From Heterodontus francisci (Eukaryota): 64,000 nt of DNA. The notes under the pieces were generated by a model. The model was not told where the DNA came from. It saw nothing but the letters and a program-made list of their open reading frames with translations, and searched no databases. A program made the translations under genes and the position numbers. The stretch lies in assembly GCF_036365525.1 (NCBI RefSeq), contig NC_090409.1, forward strand, positions 31,444,437-31,508,436. The letters run 5' to 3'. Below are positions 23,564 through 36,875 of the stretch, in pieces. The number at the start of each line of letters is the position of its first letter. Positions within the stretch are counted from its first letter, which is position 1.

Positions 23564-24513
23564 ATATTTGCAAGAAATCGAATGGATATAACGGCCATGA
23601 AAGATGGCTCTAGCTGTGGAAAAATGAAGGCGTTTGAGTGAGGGTACACGAAGGGAATATGTTTCACTCGAGTGGAGAGTCCAAAACTAAGGGTCAGCAA
23701 TATTATCTAATCATTAGTAAATCCAATAAGAAAATCAGGAAACACCTCTTTATCCAGGGATGGTTAGAATGTGGAATGTTCGCAATATTGAGCACTTGAG
23801 GTGAATAGCGAAGATGCATTGAGAATTGTCATTAATCTTTCACTCAGGTTTAAAAGCCCATTCACCCGAAGCAATTCCCCCCCCGCCACAAAACCCACAA
23901 AAAACTGGCCACGCCTCCGGGTCGGCATGGCGAGTTTCCACCGATCGCGCCCGTTTTGCGGTGTTGCACCAAGAATGTAGGGTGCACAGGCACCCGTGGT
24001 CAGATGAGTCTGGAGTTCACACAATTCAGTGACCGGCAGTTAAATCATAGTAAATCTGTCTGAGGTCTGTTAATTAGGACAGAGCAGGGCACAACAGGAT
24101 AACTCCAATTAACTTATGGTCATAGGTCTTATGTTCAAGGGCAGATTAAAACAGTCAATTGATGTGAACTCAATGGAACACCAAGAGCCTTAAAGCAGTC
24201 AGTTGAAGAAAGTCTCCTTTCCCTGTCAATCCTATTCCTCTTTCTGCTGCCAAAGAGTAGCAATACCAATTGATTACAATCAATTACGCTGCTTGCTGAT
24301 GTTCCTTCTTAAGAGATTTCCCCTGCGACATTACACCAATGAATTTTGCCTGAAAATTTGAAGCAATTCACCTCAGCCAAACTGGCACAGTGTCCGGTAC
24401 ATTCTACGTGTGATTGGCCCAAAGTGCTTCCCAGCGGACAGTTCATATCACAGTTACTAGACAGAGAGATTGTAAGAGACAGGCAAAGGGTGAGCAAGAG
24501 AGGTTGTGGACTC

Positions 24514-24546
<33 letters not shown>

Positions 24547-25244
24547 GGGGTAAAGAGAAACTGCAATTATCAGGAAAAGGCAAGATACAAATCGAGAAAT
24601 GAACGGTAATAAAAACAATAGCTAATGTAAAGGAAACATGTCGTTGGGTGGCAGGGTGAGCAGATTTCGTTTCTTCAGAAACCCAGTGAAGGAGGAAAAA
24701 TTAGGACTAAATCTGAGACAACTCAAATCGATTAGAACAGATTAAGGCTTTGAGGACCTGGAAAGTGCCAATTGAAGGGAAGGTGGGTGAGGTGAGTACT
24801 GGAGATTTTCACTGTTTTGGATCTTGGGAAAGAATGTGTTACAGTGGAAGATGGGGCAATGAACCTTCCATTGAACACACCGAGGATGCCGGGAGTACTG
24901 GTTAACATCCCATTTACTACTCACGTCGCCCTCATTGCCATTTCCTGGAACACTCTGCGAATTAATCAGAAATACGCTGGTGCATTGGTTTGAAAGTATG
25001 CCCCATCCACTGTGTGGTGGAATGTATGATCTCATTGCCTAGCTCGCTGTTAGTGGTGGGTGGTGGAATAGGTTGTGTGTGGGGGTGTAGACCTCTTTTC
25101 AACACTTGGAATCTAGTAAAAGAACCGAATATACCTTTGGTTTCTGTTTTTCATCAGAACTTCAGTTCTGAGCAAAGGTCACAGACATGAAACGTTAACT
25201 TTGTTTCTCTGCTGCCAGAGCTGCTTAGTATTTCTAGCAATGTC

Positions 25245-25612
25245 ATTGTTGTAGCGCCTTTCATGATCTTAGGACGTCTCAAAGTGCTTTAAAGTCAATT
25301 AAGAACTTATTGAAGTACAATCATGTGGTAATGAATTTCCACATAGCCCTCTTGGTCCTCTGAGGATAAATATTGGTCAAGGCAATGGGAGAAATCCCTT
25401 GTTTCTCTTTGAATAGTGGCATGGAATCTCTTATATCCAGCTGAGAGGGTAACCAGAGTCCTAGTCTCTGAAATAATATGCCTCCAACAGTGCAGTGCTC
25501 GATACTGTTCTGAGGTGCAAACCTTGATTTTGTGCTCAAGTCTGTCGTAAGATTTGACTCTATAAATCATTTGGCTCAGAAGTGTAAGTGTTACCAATTG
25601 AACCACGATAAT
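25245..25612 (-). mobile_element. Deu-type SINE, degenerate
   Basis: gcgcctttcatgatcttaggacgtctcaaagtgcttt...ggataaatattgg...aatagtggcatggaatc...cagtgcagtgctc pattern. A similar remnant lies at ~30265-30620. Confidence 0.65.
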
Positions 25613-25661
25613 AAGGCAATTATTTGAAAGTATTGGATTACAATGTAGATATATTCCACGA

Positions 25662-27370
25662 TTCAACTCCACTCACTTCCTTCAAGTAAAAGGTGTTGCT
25701 ATGGGTGCCCGCATGGGTCCTAGTTATGCCTGTCTTTTTGTGGGACGTGTCGAGCATTCTTTGTTCCAGTCCTACTCAGGCCCCCTCCCCCAACTCTTTT
25801 TCCGGTACATTGATGACTGTATCAGTGCCGTTTCCTGCTCCCGCCCTGAACTGGAAATCTTTATCAACTTTGCTTCCAATTTCCACCCTTCTCTCACCTT
25901 TACATGGTCCATCTATGACACTTCCCTTCCCTTTCTCGACTTCTCTGTCTCCATCTCTGGGGATAGGTTGTCTACAAATATCCATTATAAGCCCACCGAC
26001 ACCCACAGCTACCTCGACTACACGTCTTCACACCCTACCTCCTGTAAGGGCTCCATTCCATTCTCCCAGTTTTCTGTCTCTGACGCATCCGCTTTGATGA
26101 TGCTACCTTCCATGACAGCTCTTCTGATATGGTCTTCCTTTTTCCACAACAGAGGGTTCCCCCTCGCCACCCACCCCCCCCCCCCCCCCACACTGTTGTT
26201 GACAGAGCCCTCAGCTGTGTCCGGCCCATTTCCCACACCTCTACCCTCACCCTTTCCCCTCCCAGAACCGTGACAGGGTTCCCCTTGTCCTCACTTTCCA
26301 CCCCATCAGCCTCCAGATCCAAAGGATCATCCTCCGCCATTTCCGCCACCTCCAGTGTGATGCCACTACCAAACGCATCTTCCTCTCCCTTCCCCTGTCA
26401 GCATTCCGAAGGGATCATTCCCTCCGTGACACCCTGGTCCACTCCGCCATAGCCCCCACCACCTCGTCCCCTTCCCATGGCACCTTCCCCTGCAATCGCA
26501 GGAGGTGTAAGACCTGCCCATTTACCTCCTCTCTCCTGACTATCCCAAGCCCCAAACACTCCTTTCAGGTGAAGCAGTGATTTACTTGTACTTCTTTCAA
26601 TGTAGTATACTGTATTCGCTGCTCACAATGTGGTCTCCTCTACATCGGGGAGACCAAACGCAGACTGGGTGACCACTTTGCGGAACACCTCCGCTCAGTC
26701 CACAAGCAGGACCCTGAGCTTCCAGTTGCTTGCCATTTCAACACTCCCCCCTGCTCTCATGCTCACATCTCAGTCCTGGGATTGCTGTAGTGTTCCAGTG
26801 AACATCAACGCAAGCTCGAGGAACAGCATCTCATTTACCGATTAGGCACACTACAGCCTGTCGGACTAAACATTGAGTTCAATAATTTCAGAGCATGACA
26901 GCCCCCCATTTTACTTTCATTTTTAGTTATTTTTTCTTTTTTCTTTTTTTTTTACATTTTTTTGTATATTTATTTTAATTCTTCTTAGTTTGTTCAGTTT
27001 GCTTACCCACTGTTTTTTTCATGTTTGCACTTGCTGCTGTTCAATTTGCAGTCCGTTAACACCCTATCTGTACTTTGTCTTTCAACACACCATTAACATA
27101 TTGTTTGCCTTTGCTCCATGACCTTCTGGTCAGCTATTCTGTGACCTTGTCCAATCTACACCTTCTCCTTTGTTACCTCTTGCCCCAACTCCGCTTTACT
27201 TGCTTATAACCTTTGACTTTTCTAATATTTGTCAGTTCCGATGAAGGGTCACTGACCCAAAACGTTAACTCTGCTTCTCTTTCCACAGATGCTGCCAGAC
27301 CTGCTGAGTGGTTCTAGCATTTCTTGTTTTTATTTCAGATTTCCAGCATCCACAGTATTTTGCTTTTATA
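25662..27370 (+). mobile_element. Penelope-like element (RT plus GIY-YIG), frameshifted
   Basis: QVKGVAMGARMGPSYA, FFRYIDDC, PFLDFSV, YKPTD and VYCIRCSQCGLLYIGET. Its 3' UTR is shared with the 11.6 and 49.5 kb copies. Confidence 0.95.
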
Positions 27371-28855
27371 TTCCAATATTGATGTTCTGAGCTGTTACTT
27401 TGCTTTTACAGATTCAACAAATATGCAGTACGTACTTTAACCGGATGCCGCCTGACCACAACTAACCCCATTCTGTTTGCACTGGCCAATAAAATTCACA
27501 TCCAAGGACGTCACAGATGGCAGGAGCCAGGTGGAAAGCAGTAACCACAACTGGGCTCGAAATAGAACGGAATATTTCACAACTCCGCACTGGAGCTGTC
27601 CTGGCACTCGGTGTAAATATACAAAACAAAAGAACAATAAGTGAGACACTAACTTGTTCCTAATGTTGACAATGGGAAGAGGCTGAAGAGCATCACATGA
27701 GCAGTCAGTGTTAAAACCAAAATTCTGCCTCGGATCTAAAAACATATCCAAAAAACTAGTTAGTTAACCAAACACTGGGCACAGAATGATAGACATGTCC
27801 GGCACAGAAGGAGGCCATTTGGCCCATAGTCTCTGTGCCAGCCAAATAAAACAGTTACAAAAACAAGAAATGCTGGAATCACTCAGCAGGTCTGGCAGCA
27901 TCTGTGGAAAGAGAAGCAGAGTTAACGTTTCGGGTCAGTGACGCTTCTTCGGAACAGCATCCAGCGGTATTTTGCTTAAATAAAACAATTATCCAGCCTA
28001 AACCTCACTTTTCATCTCTCGATCCATAGCTTTGCAGGTTACTGCACTTCAAGTGCTTCTGTCTCGACTGCCTTTTCAGGAAGTGGGTTTTAGAACCCCA
28101 ACAGCTACGGTTAAAATTCCACGATCTTCTGCACTGGTTGCGGCGATTCCGCCCGGATTGGTCCGATGGAAGGAGACGAAACAAACAGAATCTCGCGCGT
28201 CACGGTGGGTGAGCGGAAAACGGACTCGAATGTCCTGGGATTATTTGCACAGATACGCAATCCGGGCTCAAGTCAGATAAGGCCAAATAAATTACCATTT
28301 ACAATTGTCTTGTCAACAACTCCACAACGGATAATCATGACTCCACTTACAGTTTGCAAAGTCTTCTCCTCGAATTTCCCGAAGTTGCGCTCGCTCTCTT
28401 TAAATTAGGGCAGGATTTTTAGGCGGAGCAGGAGATAAAGGAAATTTCTAGTGTATTTGTTGCATGTTGCGCTTTTGCAACATAGCTCCCGGTTGTGAGA
28501 GTCCATATTGTGGGCCAATGCAAATTAACAGTCAGTGATGATGTTGGAAATGTTTGGTAACATAATATTTTGTCACGATATCGAGAAAACATGTTGAGGA
28601 GTTACATTTAAAGTCATACATTGTATTCAGTCACTAATGTACTCCAACTAACTGGAGATTGTGATGGTATATAAATCATTCCACCTATCTTCTGAAAATC
28701 TCTATTATTGTCATATATTGTCAACGGTGTCTGTGTCACCTCATAACATCAGGTATGTTAATATATTGTCGGTTTCAAGATCATCCACGCTGACAGTATA
28801 TCTCCTGTCAAGTTTCTGTTTTGTGTAATTGTTGCATGTCGCACGTGTCTCCATT

Positions 28856-29203
28856 TTTTTTAGTTTAGTTTAGTTTAGTTTAGAGATACAGCACTGAAAC
28901 AAGCCCTTCGGCCCACCGAGTCTGTGCCGACCATCAACCACCAATTTATACTAATGCTACACTAATCCCATATTCCTACCACATTCCGACCTGTCCCTAT
29001 ATTTCCCTACCACCTACCTACACTAGGGGCAACTGCTAATGGCCAATTTACCTATCAACCTGCAAGTCTTTGGTATGTGGGAGGAAACCAGAGCACCCGG
29101 AGGAAACCCACGCAAACACAGGGAGAACTTGCAAACTCCACACAGGCAGTACCCAGAATTGAACCCGGGTCACTGGAGCTGTGAGGCTGCGGTGCTAACC
29201 ACT
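28856..29203 (-). mobile_element. HE1-type V-SINE
   Basis: Reverse complement of 21002-21344. Confidence 0.92.
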
Positions 29204-29599
29204 GGATATATCATTCATGCTTGCGGAGGTTTGGGATCTTGATAGTTGCGTACAAAATCGTTTCATTGTGATCTGGATTCGTGGATTGCAGGGCGCCAAG
29301 ACCGGCGTATGTACACTGATTGTCATTCTGTAACAGAAGGTTACAAGTGTTAGTTTGTAGAGCTATTGCAGGAATGCAGCTCAACGCGCGGCGTGAGTGT
29401 AATGCCTGCAGCGGCGCAAACCGAAGGTCAATGAGATGAGCGTTGTTGAGATGCAAGAAATAAGGATCTTGCCATTATACATGCGGATGAGGCGCCAAGG
29501 TTGTCGTGTTGGACTGAAATGGATAGCACTTTCAAAACGTCGGCACAGACATGACGGGCCGAACGGCCTCATTCTGCTCTGAAAAGTTCTATGGTTTCT

Positions 29600-30250
29600 A
29601 AGGCTCCTAAGACACGTTGGATTCTGGGTACTATAAATAGAAGTTCAGAGTCGGAAAGCAAGTAATTTACTTTCATAAATTATTGCTTAGGCCTCGGCTG
29701 GTGCATCGTCTCTAACTCTATGGACACTACTGTCGGAAGGAAGTCAAGGCATTGGAGAAAGTACTGAGGAAAGGTACGAGAATTATAGGAGGGATAAGGG
29801 ACTGCACCTAAGCTGAGAGTCTGGAGAAGCTGGGATTGTTTTCCTCGGAGTAGAGAAGGTTAAGGGAATGAGATAGAGGTGTTCAAAAATCTTCCGGGTA
29901 TTAATACATACGAAAAATAAAGTAGAAACTGTTTCCATTGACTGTAGCGTCGGTAACCAGAGTGCACAAATTTAAGATAATTCCCAAAATAATCAAATGG
30001 GGTTTTTTTTTTTTAAAAACATAGCGGGATTTTTTATTTGGAAAGCACTGTTTGTGAAAGTATCGAAAACAGACTTGACAGTAACTTTCAAAAGGGAACT
30101 GGATATAGGCTTGACAACTTAAAAAGAATCTCTGGTAAGGTAAAGGAAGTGTATTGTGACGAATTGAACAGCTCTTTCAGTGAACTAGCAAATACACAGT
30201 GGGATAAATGGCATTCTCCTGTACTGTACAGTTCTGTGATTATTTAGACT
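29600..30250 (+). mobile_element. Old CR1 fragment
   Basis: Degenerate ctggagaagctgggattgttttcctcggagtagagaagg (LEKLGLFS-like) and a CR1-like tail. Confidence 0.65.
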
Positions 30251-30716
30251 TAAGTGCTGCGAATCAATTCAGAACGTTTGAAGTGCAGTCGCTGTTGTAG
30301 AAAAACACAGCAATCAATGAATTCGAGAAATGGAGAATTCATCTGTTTTAGATGGTGTTTATTAAGGGGAAATTGCTCACAAGCAAACTGGGAGAGTTCT
30401 CTTCCGTTCCTACAATGGGACCATGAGGCCGGTTGACCATACAGGAAGGAGAAAACTGGACCTCCTTTTAATATCTCACCCAAAAAAACTGGAAATTCAG
30501 CTATTTTGCACTCATTCAGTGCTGTGCTGAACTTCCTGCTTAGATTATCTGTTCAAATACGGGAGCACGGATTCAAACCACAACCATTCGACTCCAGGAT
30601 GAAGACCAACCCGAGCCTATCGAAGGTAAGATGCAATTCTGACCTTGGACATAATCCTGAATAACTGAAATGTTCAACACTTTTGGCTTTTCTGACACCT
30701 TGTGACCTTGTTGAAA

Positions 30717-31340
30717 ATGCTTGCCTTCATCGGCCGAGGCATTGAGTACAAGAGTTGGGACGTCATGTTACTGTTGTACATAACGTTGGTTCGGCCGCAT
30801 TTGGAGTACTGTGTGCAGTTCTGGTCGCCACACTACAGGAAAGATGTGATTAAGCTAGAGAGGGTGCAGAAAAGATTCACAAGGATGTTGCCTGGTTTGG
30901 AGGGCTTGAGTTATAAAGAGAGATTGGATAGGCTGGGTCTGTTTTCCCTGGAGCGAAGGAGGCTGAGAGGGGACATGATAGAGGTATATAAAATTATGAG
31001 AGGCATAGATAGGGTAGATAGCCAGAGTCTATTTCCCATGGTAGGGGTGACTAAAACTAGAGGGCATAGATTTAAGGTGAGATGGAGGTGGTTTAAAGGG
31101 GATAAAATGGGTAAACACAAAGAATAGTGGGTATCTGGGATGAGCTGCCTAAGGAGGTGGTGGAGGCAGGAACAGTAGCAACATTTTAGAGGCATCTGGA
31201 CAGGTACTTGAATGAGCAAGGCATAGAGAGATATGGGATTAATGCAGGCAGGTGGGATTAGTATAAATAGGCATTATGGTCGGCGTGGAGGCGGTGGGCC
31301 GAAGGGCCTGTTTCTATGCTGTACGTCTCTATGACTCTAA
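30717..31340 (+). mobile_element. CR1 LINE 3' fragment
   Basis: LAFIGRGIEYKSWDVMLLLYITLVRPHLEYCVQFWSPHY...RRLRGDMIEVYKI. The tail gggccgaagggcctgttt is shared with the V-SINEs. Confidence 0.93.
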
Positions 31341-31886
31341 AATTTAACCATGAGTCTTAGTGGGCTAGGGGGTCAGATGGCACTGAAACAATAAAAAAGT
31401 ATTGAAAGAAATATATAAAGAAATAAATACTGAAAATGCTGAAAATACTCAGCTGGTCTGGCAACATCTGTGGAAAGAGAGGAAGAAGTAACGCTTTAGA
31501 AGGCCGACCTTTCTGCAGAACCGGAAAGAGTTAGCAATGTAACAGGTCTTAAAGGAGTACAGAGGCAGGGAAACGGGCGGGGGAGAGGAACAACAAACGG
31601 GAAGATGTATGTCTGGGTGGAAGGCTGAAGGGGTTAAATGACAAGAGGGACGACGGTGCACTGTAAAAGGGACTAGTAATGGGGCAGTTAATAAACAAAG
31701 GATGTGTCTAGAAGAGGTGTAAATGGCAATAGCAAAAGAATTACCAAAATCTGTCCGAAAAATATTGGAAGTAGTAGTTAAGATCCGACCTTTTCAGGAA
31801 AGCAGCTGTTGGGAAGGATTTTGCTTTTGCTATTTGCACCTGCTCTCGCCCCATCTTATGTTTCTTTAGTGTTCCCATGACCATCC

Positions 31887-32231
31887 ATTAGATTAGAGAT
31901 ACAGCACTGAAACAGGCCCTTCGGCCCACCGAGTCTGTGCCGAACATCAACCACCCATTTTATACTAATCCTACATTAATCCCATATTCCCAACAAACAT
32001 CCCCACCTGTCCCTATATTTCCCTACCCTCTACCTATACTAGTGACAATTTATAATGGCCAATTTACCTATCAACCTGCAAGTCTTTTGGCTTGTGGGAG
32101 GAAACCGGAGCACCCGGAGAAAACCCACGCAGACACAGGGAGAACTTGCAAACTCCACACAGGCAGTACCTGGAATCGAACCCGGGTCCCTGGAGCTGTG
32201 AGGCTGCGGTGCTAACCACTGCACCACTGTG
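31887..32231 (-). mobile_element. HE1-type V-SINE, flanked by old Penelope 3'-UTR fragments (31425-31790 and 32232-32505)
   Basis: Reverse complement of 21002-21344. Confidence 0.9.
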
Positions 32232-32647
32232 CATATTTACCTTGCGTTGTTATCCCTTTCTTCATTTAATGTCACCTGCCTTCTGTCCTGTCACAGACCT
32301 TGGCTCCTGTTCTTTCCGACCCTCCTCACCTCCCTTCCTCAACATTTGACCAAAAACTGCTTCATCTTTCACTTTCTCCAATTCTGGCGAAGGATCAGCG
32401 AATTCAAGCGTTAACTTTGTTTCTCTGATCACAAATACCACCTGCTGAGTATTTCCAGCATTCTCTATTTATATTGCGGACGTCAAGCATCTGCATTATC
32501 TGTTTCTGTCCTTATGGAAAGAGCATGTGAAAATGATTTCGCAATTTCATTTGCGAAGCCATTGTAGCTTTCGTCTGTCGTCATACTTAGTGAAGTGAGG
32601 AGGTTACTCCTCACTTAGAAACATCGGCCAACAAGTTTCTGAAGCTC

Positions 32648-32831
32648 CTAATTATTTGTTGACTTTTGCCTGATATGGGTCACTTCCTGGTTGAAAACAT
32701 AACAAACATCCTGCAATTGCCAATAGAACTCATCGTCACTTACCTCAGTGTTTAATGCGTTCTGTACCGAACTGGAAATCAGGAGATCATCCTGCATTTC
32801 GATGACACCTGCATCTTCTTTCAGTTTCTTC
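32648..32831 (-). CDS. Siglec/MAG-like receptor: cytoplasmic exon (32831-32744); 3' end of the gene uncertain
   Basis: ttgttattcttcag|G is a phase-2 acceptor matching the TM exon. Encodes KKLKEDAGVIEMQDDLLISSSVQNALNTE|gtaagt. The frame stays open to TAG at 32650-32648. Confidence 0.7.
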
Positions 32832-33306
32832 CTGAAGAATAACAAATGCAAATGACCCATTTATCATGATTAACTGAAATGTGTCTTAATGCATATTGCG
32901 CCTGTATGATCAAGGGCGTTCACAGGTTAGTTTCCGAATTAACACAGGCTTTAATCGAACAGGCGCCCAACCAAGGACAATATAGTTGATTTCAATTGCA
33001 AACTTCCTTTGTGATCTGTTGAAGGACGGGTTTGATTTGCAGAACATATTAAACCGAGCAGGTCGTCACTTGAATTAATTTAGAACCAGTGACATTTTTG
33101 AAGATGGCTTTCAGCCTTTCCATTTCAAATCAGGGAGTCTGTCTAGAAGTTCAAATAGGCCAAGCAAGGCCAAATAACTGAAGTAACAGGTAAGAACAAG
33201 ATAGCACATAACAAATTTCGATTATAGCCAATCAGTACTATCCAGTTTTTAAACATAACTTTACACTCCTGGACCTAAACAGCAATAAAACGACTTTAAA
33301 ATATAA

Positions 33307-34135
33307 TATGCAGTATAATGTGGATAAATGTGAGGTTATCCACTTTGGCAGCAAAAACTGGAAGGCAGACTATTACCTGAATGGCAATAAACTGAGAGAG
33401 GGGAATATGCAGCGAGACCTGTGTGTTCTCGTACACCAGTCGCTGAAGGTAAGCATGCAGGTGCAACTGGCGGTAAAAAGGGCAATTGGTAAGTTTGCCC
33501 TCATAGCGAGAGGATTCGAGTACAGGAGTAAGGATGTCTTGCTGCAATTATACAGGGCCTTGGTGAGGCCACACCTGGAATATTGTGTGCAGTTTTGGTC
33601 TCCTTATCTGAGGAAGGATGTTCTTGCTACAGAGGGAGTTCAGCAAAGGTTTACCAGACTGATTCCTGGGATGGCAGGACTGACATATGAGCAGAGATTG
33701 GGTCGGTTCGGATTATATTCGCTGGAGTTCAGAAGAGTGAGGGGGGATCTCATAGAAACCTATAAAATTCTAACAGGACTTGACAGGATAGATGCAGGAA
33801 GGATGTTCCCGATGGTGGGGGAGTCCAGAACCAGGGGTCATAGTCTAAAGATACGGAGTAAACCTTTCAGGACTGAGATGAGGAGAAATTTCTTCACCCA
33901 GAGAGTGGTGAGCCTGTGGAATTCGCTACCACAGAAAGCAGTTGAGGCCAAAACATTGTGTGTTTTCAAGAAGGAGTTAGATATAGCTCTTGGGTCTAAA
34001 GGGATCAAAGGGTAGGGGGCGAAAGCGGGAACAGGTTACTGAGTTGGATGATCAGCCATGATCATAATGAATAGCGGAGCAGGCTGGAAGGGCCGAATGG
34101 CCTACTCCTGCTCCTATTTTCTATGTTTCTGTGTA
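33307..34135 (+). mobile_element. CR1 LINE 3' fragment with an open 235-aa frame (intronic, antisense to the Siglec-like gene)
   Basis: MQYNVDKCEVIHFG...LYRALVRPHLEYCVQFWSPYL...FFTQRVVSLWNSLP. Confidence 0.95.
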
Positions 34136-34609
34136 TGTAACCTTACTTTTACTATTTATTTTCTTGTTGTTTTAAAGTTTCATGAACTAACTGGATAATT
34201 AGAACTCAATTAACATTCTAGTATAGTGTTGTTGAGATACCTTCACAGAAGAAGGCTCCAGGTGGAGAAAAAAACTGAACAGGGTTCTATGCCTATTCCT
34301 TAAACACACTACAAACTGTACCCAGATTACCGGAGACTGAAAAATGTCTGTTTTGAATAAGGGAAAGCATGGTCAGTAATATAATCGGCAAAATGTTAAA
34401 CAATCGATTCAAGCGTCACCTGACATTGCAATATAATTGGTGTTGGAGGATACAAGTCATTGTTTAGGGGACTGCTATCTCTTACATTCCGCACCAGTTC
34501 CGGCAGATGCTCACTGTTCTCATGGGGTGATCATTTTAAAACGAGGTTTTGATACACGGATTTTTTGATGCTACAGCTACATATTTTGCAATTAACAATC
34601 GGCACATAC

Positions 34610-34703
34610 GTTTGATTCTTCACCATGATCACGACTGAAATTAAAACAAGAAGTCCAGAAGCACCTCCCAGGATCATGAAGACGATTTTCCAGGACGTTA
34701 TTC
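34610..34703 (-). CDS. Siglec/MAG-like receptor: transmembrane exon
   Basis: tattatag|GA ... CAA AC|gtatgt. GITSWKIVFMILGGASGLLVLISVVIMVKNQT has no charged residue within the helix. Confidence 0.88.
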
Positions 34704-35355
34704 CTATAATATTGGCAAAACAATACTGTACATCAGGATATTTGTGGTTAAAACAGCAATAGTGTAAGAAAGAAACTTTCCTTTATGATGGAAGGACAAA
34801 GCTAAACACAAATTAATGACACATCTTGCCCAATCTTGTTGGTCCTTCCATAGAAGCATTTGCTTCCTGTGTTCTACCCTGGTCCAACAGAATTGAAGAT
34901 ACCCTTCCTATTTTGGTGTGTTGACCTCAAATTGAATGTCGTCTTTCTATACTAAGGAGGTTCTGAGCATGCTCGAACTAAGAGTGTGTGTGCAAAGAGA
35001 TAAATTAGTTTGCCATCATGTTGTGAAAGGAACTGGGATTGCTAAAGGATTTATCTGAATTCAGAAGGAATGATTCTCTCCTAAGATTACTAACTAATTT
35101 TGTTGCTGACATCATTCCATTTTATCCTGACAAACATAAATGCAGCAAGTTTCAGAATAATGACATTTAACATGGATAATGCACACCTCACCGTTCAGTT
35201 GGGGATGGAACGTGTTCCTGACACTATTTTATGATATATTATGTCCTGACCTGCCGACCCATATTTGCTGACACCAACACCGTGCAGTTAGCAAATGATC
35301 AGATATGTAGCAACCCCTTTATAGTATTTAAATGGCAAATAGATTGAGAATGTAC

Positions 35356-35643
35356 CATCAGAGTGGAGCTGGTATCTGCCGACACAATCACCGTGCTCAT
35401 TTGCTGCAACACACGAGATCACGTTTCCAATTCCAGTTGGGTGCGCCAGTCTCAGGGAGCTCTGCACATGGGAACTGTTCACTTCCCAAGAAATCACTTC
35501 CACCTCTGACCTGTTCCCAGTGATGACGCTGTCATTGACTTTCCAAGTGATGTTTGCCGGTGGATTGGCACTGATGGTGCACGTGCAATTTGTCCAATTC
35601 TCAGAGCTGATGCAGGTCGGGCCTCCGACTATTGTGGGTTTAT
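35356..35643 (-). CDS. Siglec/MAG-like receptor: membrane-proximal Ig exon
   Basis: tttttttttag|AT ... GAT G|gtacat, 288 nt, phase 1-1. YKPTIVGGPTCISSENWTNCTCTISANPPANITW...VISCVAANEHG shows the C..CxC..NP pattern of the last MAG/Siglec domain. Confidence 0.9.
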
Positions 35644-35763
35644 CTAAAAAAAAACAGTCTCTTAATTACGAAGTTATTATGTCCAACAGGGGAAGCATCC
35701 AGGTACAATTAATTTAATTGTGGAACTAACCGTAATGTTTCTGGAAGATTTTACTTTAATATA

Positions 35764-36104
35764 TTTAGAGATACAGCACTGAAACAGGCCCTTCGGCCCA
35801 CCGAGTCTGTGCCAACCATCAACCACCCATTTTTTATACTAATCCTACTAATTCCATATTCCTACCACATCCCCACCTGTCCCTATATTTCCCTACCACC
35901 TACCTATACTAGGGGCAATTTATAAAGGCCAATTTACCTATCAACCTGCAAGTCTTTGGCATGTGGGAGGAAACCGGAGCACCCGGAGGAAACCCACGCA
36001 GACACAGGGAGAACTTGCAAACTCCACACAGGCAGGACCCGGAATTGAACCCGGGTCGCTGGAGCTGTGAGGCTGCGGTGCTAACCACTGCGCCACTGTG
36101 CCGC
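35764..36104 (-). mobile_element. HE1-type V-SINE (intronic)
   Basis: Reverse complement of 21002-21344. Confidence 0.93.
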
Positions 36105-36875
36105 CCATATGGAACACTTTATGTTGCACCCGTTGAGAGCTTATTATATTTTCACTTATAACAGGTTAGCACGTTACATAACAACTCCATACTGAATTCA
36201 AAGTGTGTTCTATCCGAACGTTTTTTCCCCCTGCTGATCCTGTGGGGTTTTCCTCAGACTAAGGAAGCTCAGAGTGGCAATTAAGTATAAGACGGTCAAA
36301 ACTGTGCCTCACATTCCAGTGGTTTCAAAGGTCAGGCCAATATTAATTTCTTAACTAGGTGACTTCTTCCATGGTAAAGGACGTTGACATTTTCCTACTG
36401 GAGATGACCATGCAACACGTCGACGTTTTAAAGGATCGAGTCTCTGAATCGGACATTGCCAGCTCAACATTAGTACTATTACAGAGATTGGGTTATCATC
36501 ATTTTGTCAAATGTTGTTTTGGGTGGAATATTTGTGATCATCGGGTGCTGCATGTATGTCCTAAGGATAGAAATTTGTTTAATCCAGGATCCAACGTTAA
36601 TTATGAACAATTATATATGAAGTGACTATACTTCTCTCCGAACCAGAACAGTGCCAACATCTGGATTTATATTTCACTGCAACATCTTCAACTCCTGTCA
36701 CCCTGAGCGTGATGGCCATATTACTTTCCATTAATAGGGCCAGTGAGTTTTGTTTTGGGCGAAATGTGCACGGATCTGACGGCACTGCCCCAAACTCATG
36801 CCATATTGGTTCTTGGCATTTGAAATTTTTATCATGAATTCGTGAGATGAAATTTCGAAATTCATGCATTCTTAC

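Noticed and set aside
33308-34015. Intact 235-aa ORF
   Set aside because: It is the CR1 ORF2 C-terminus of a young truncated insertion.
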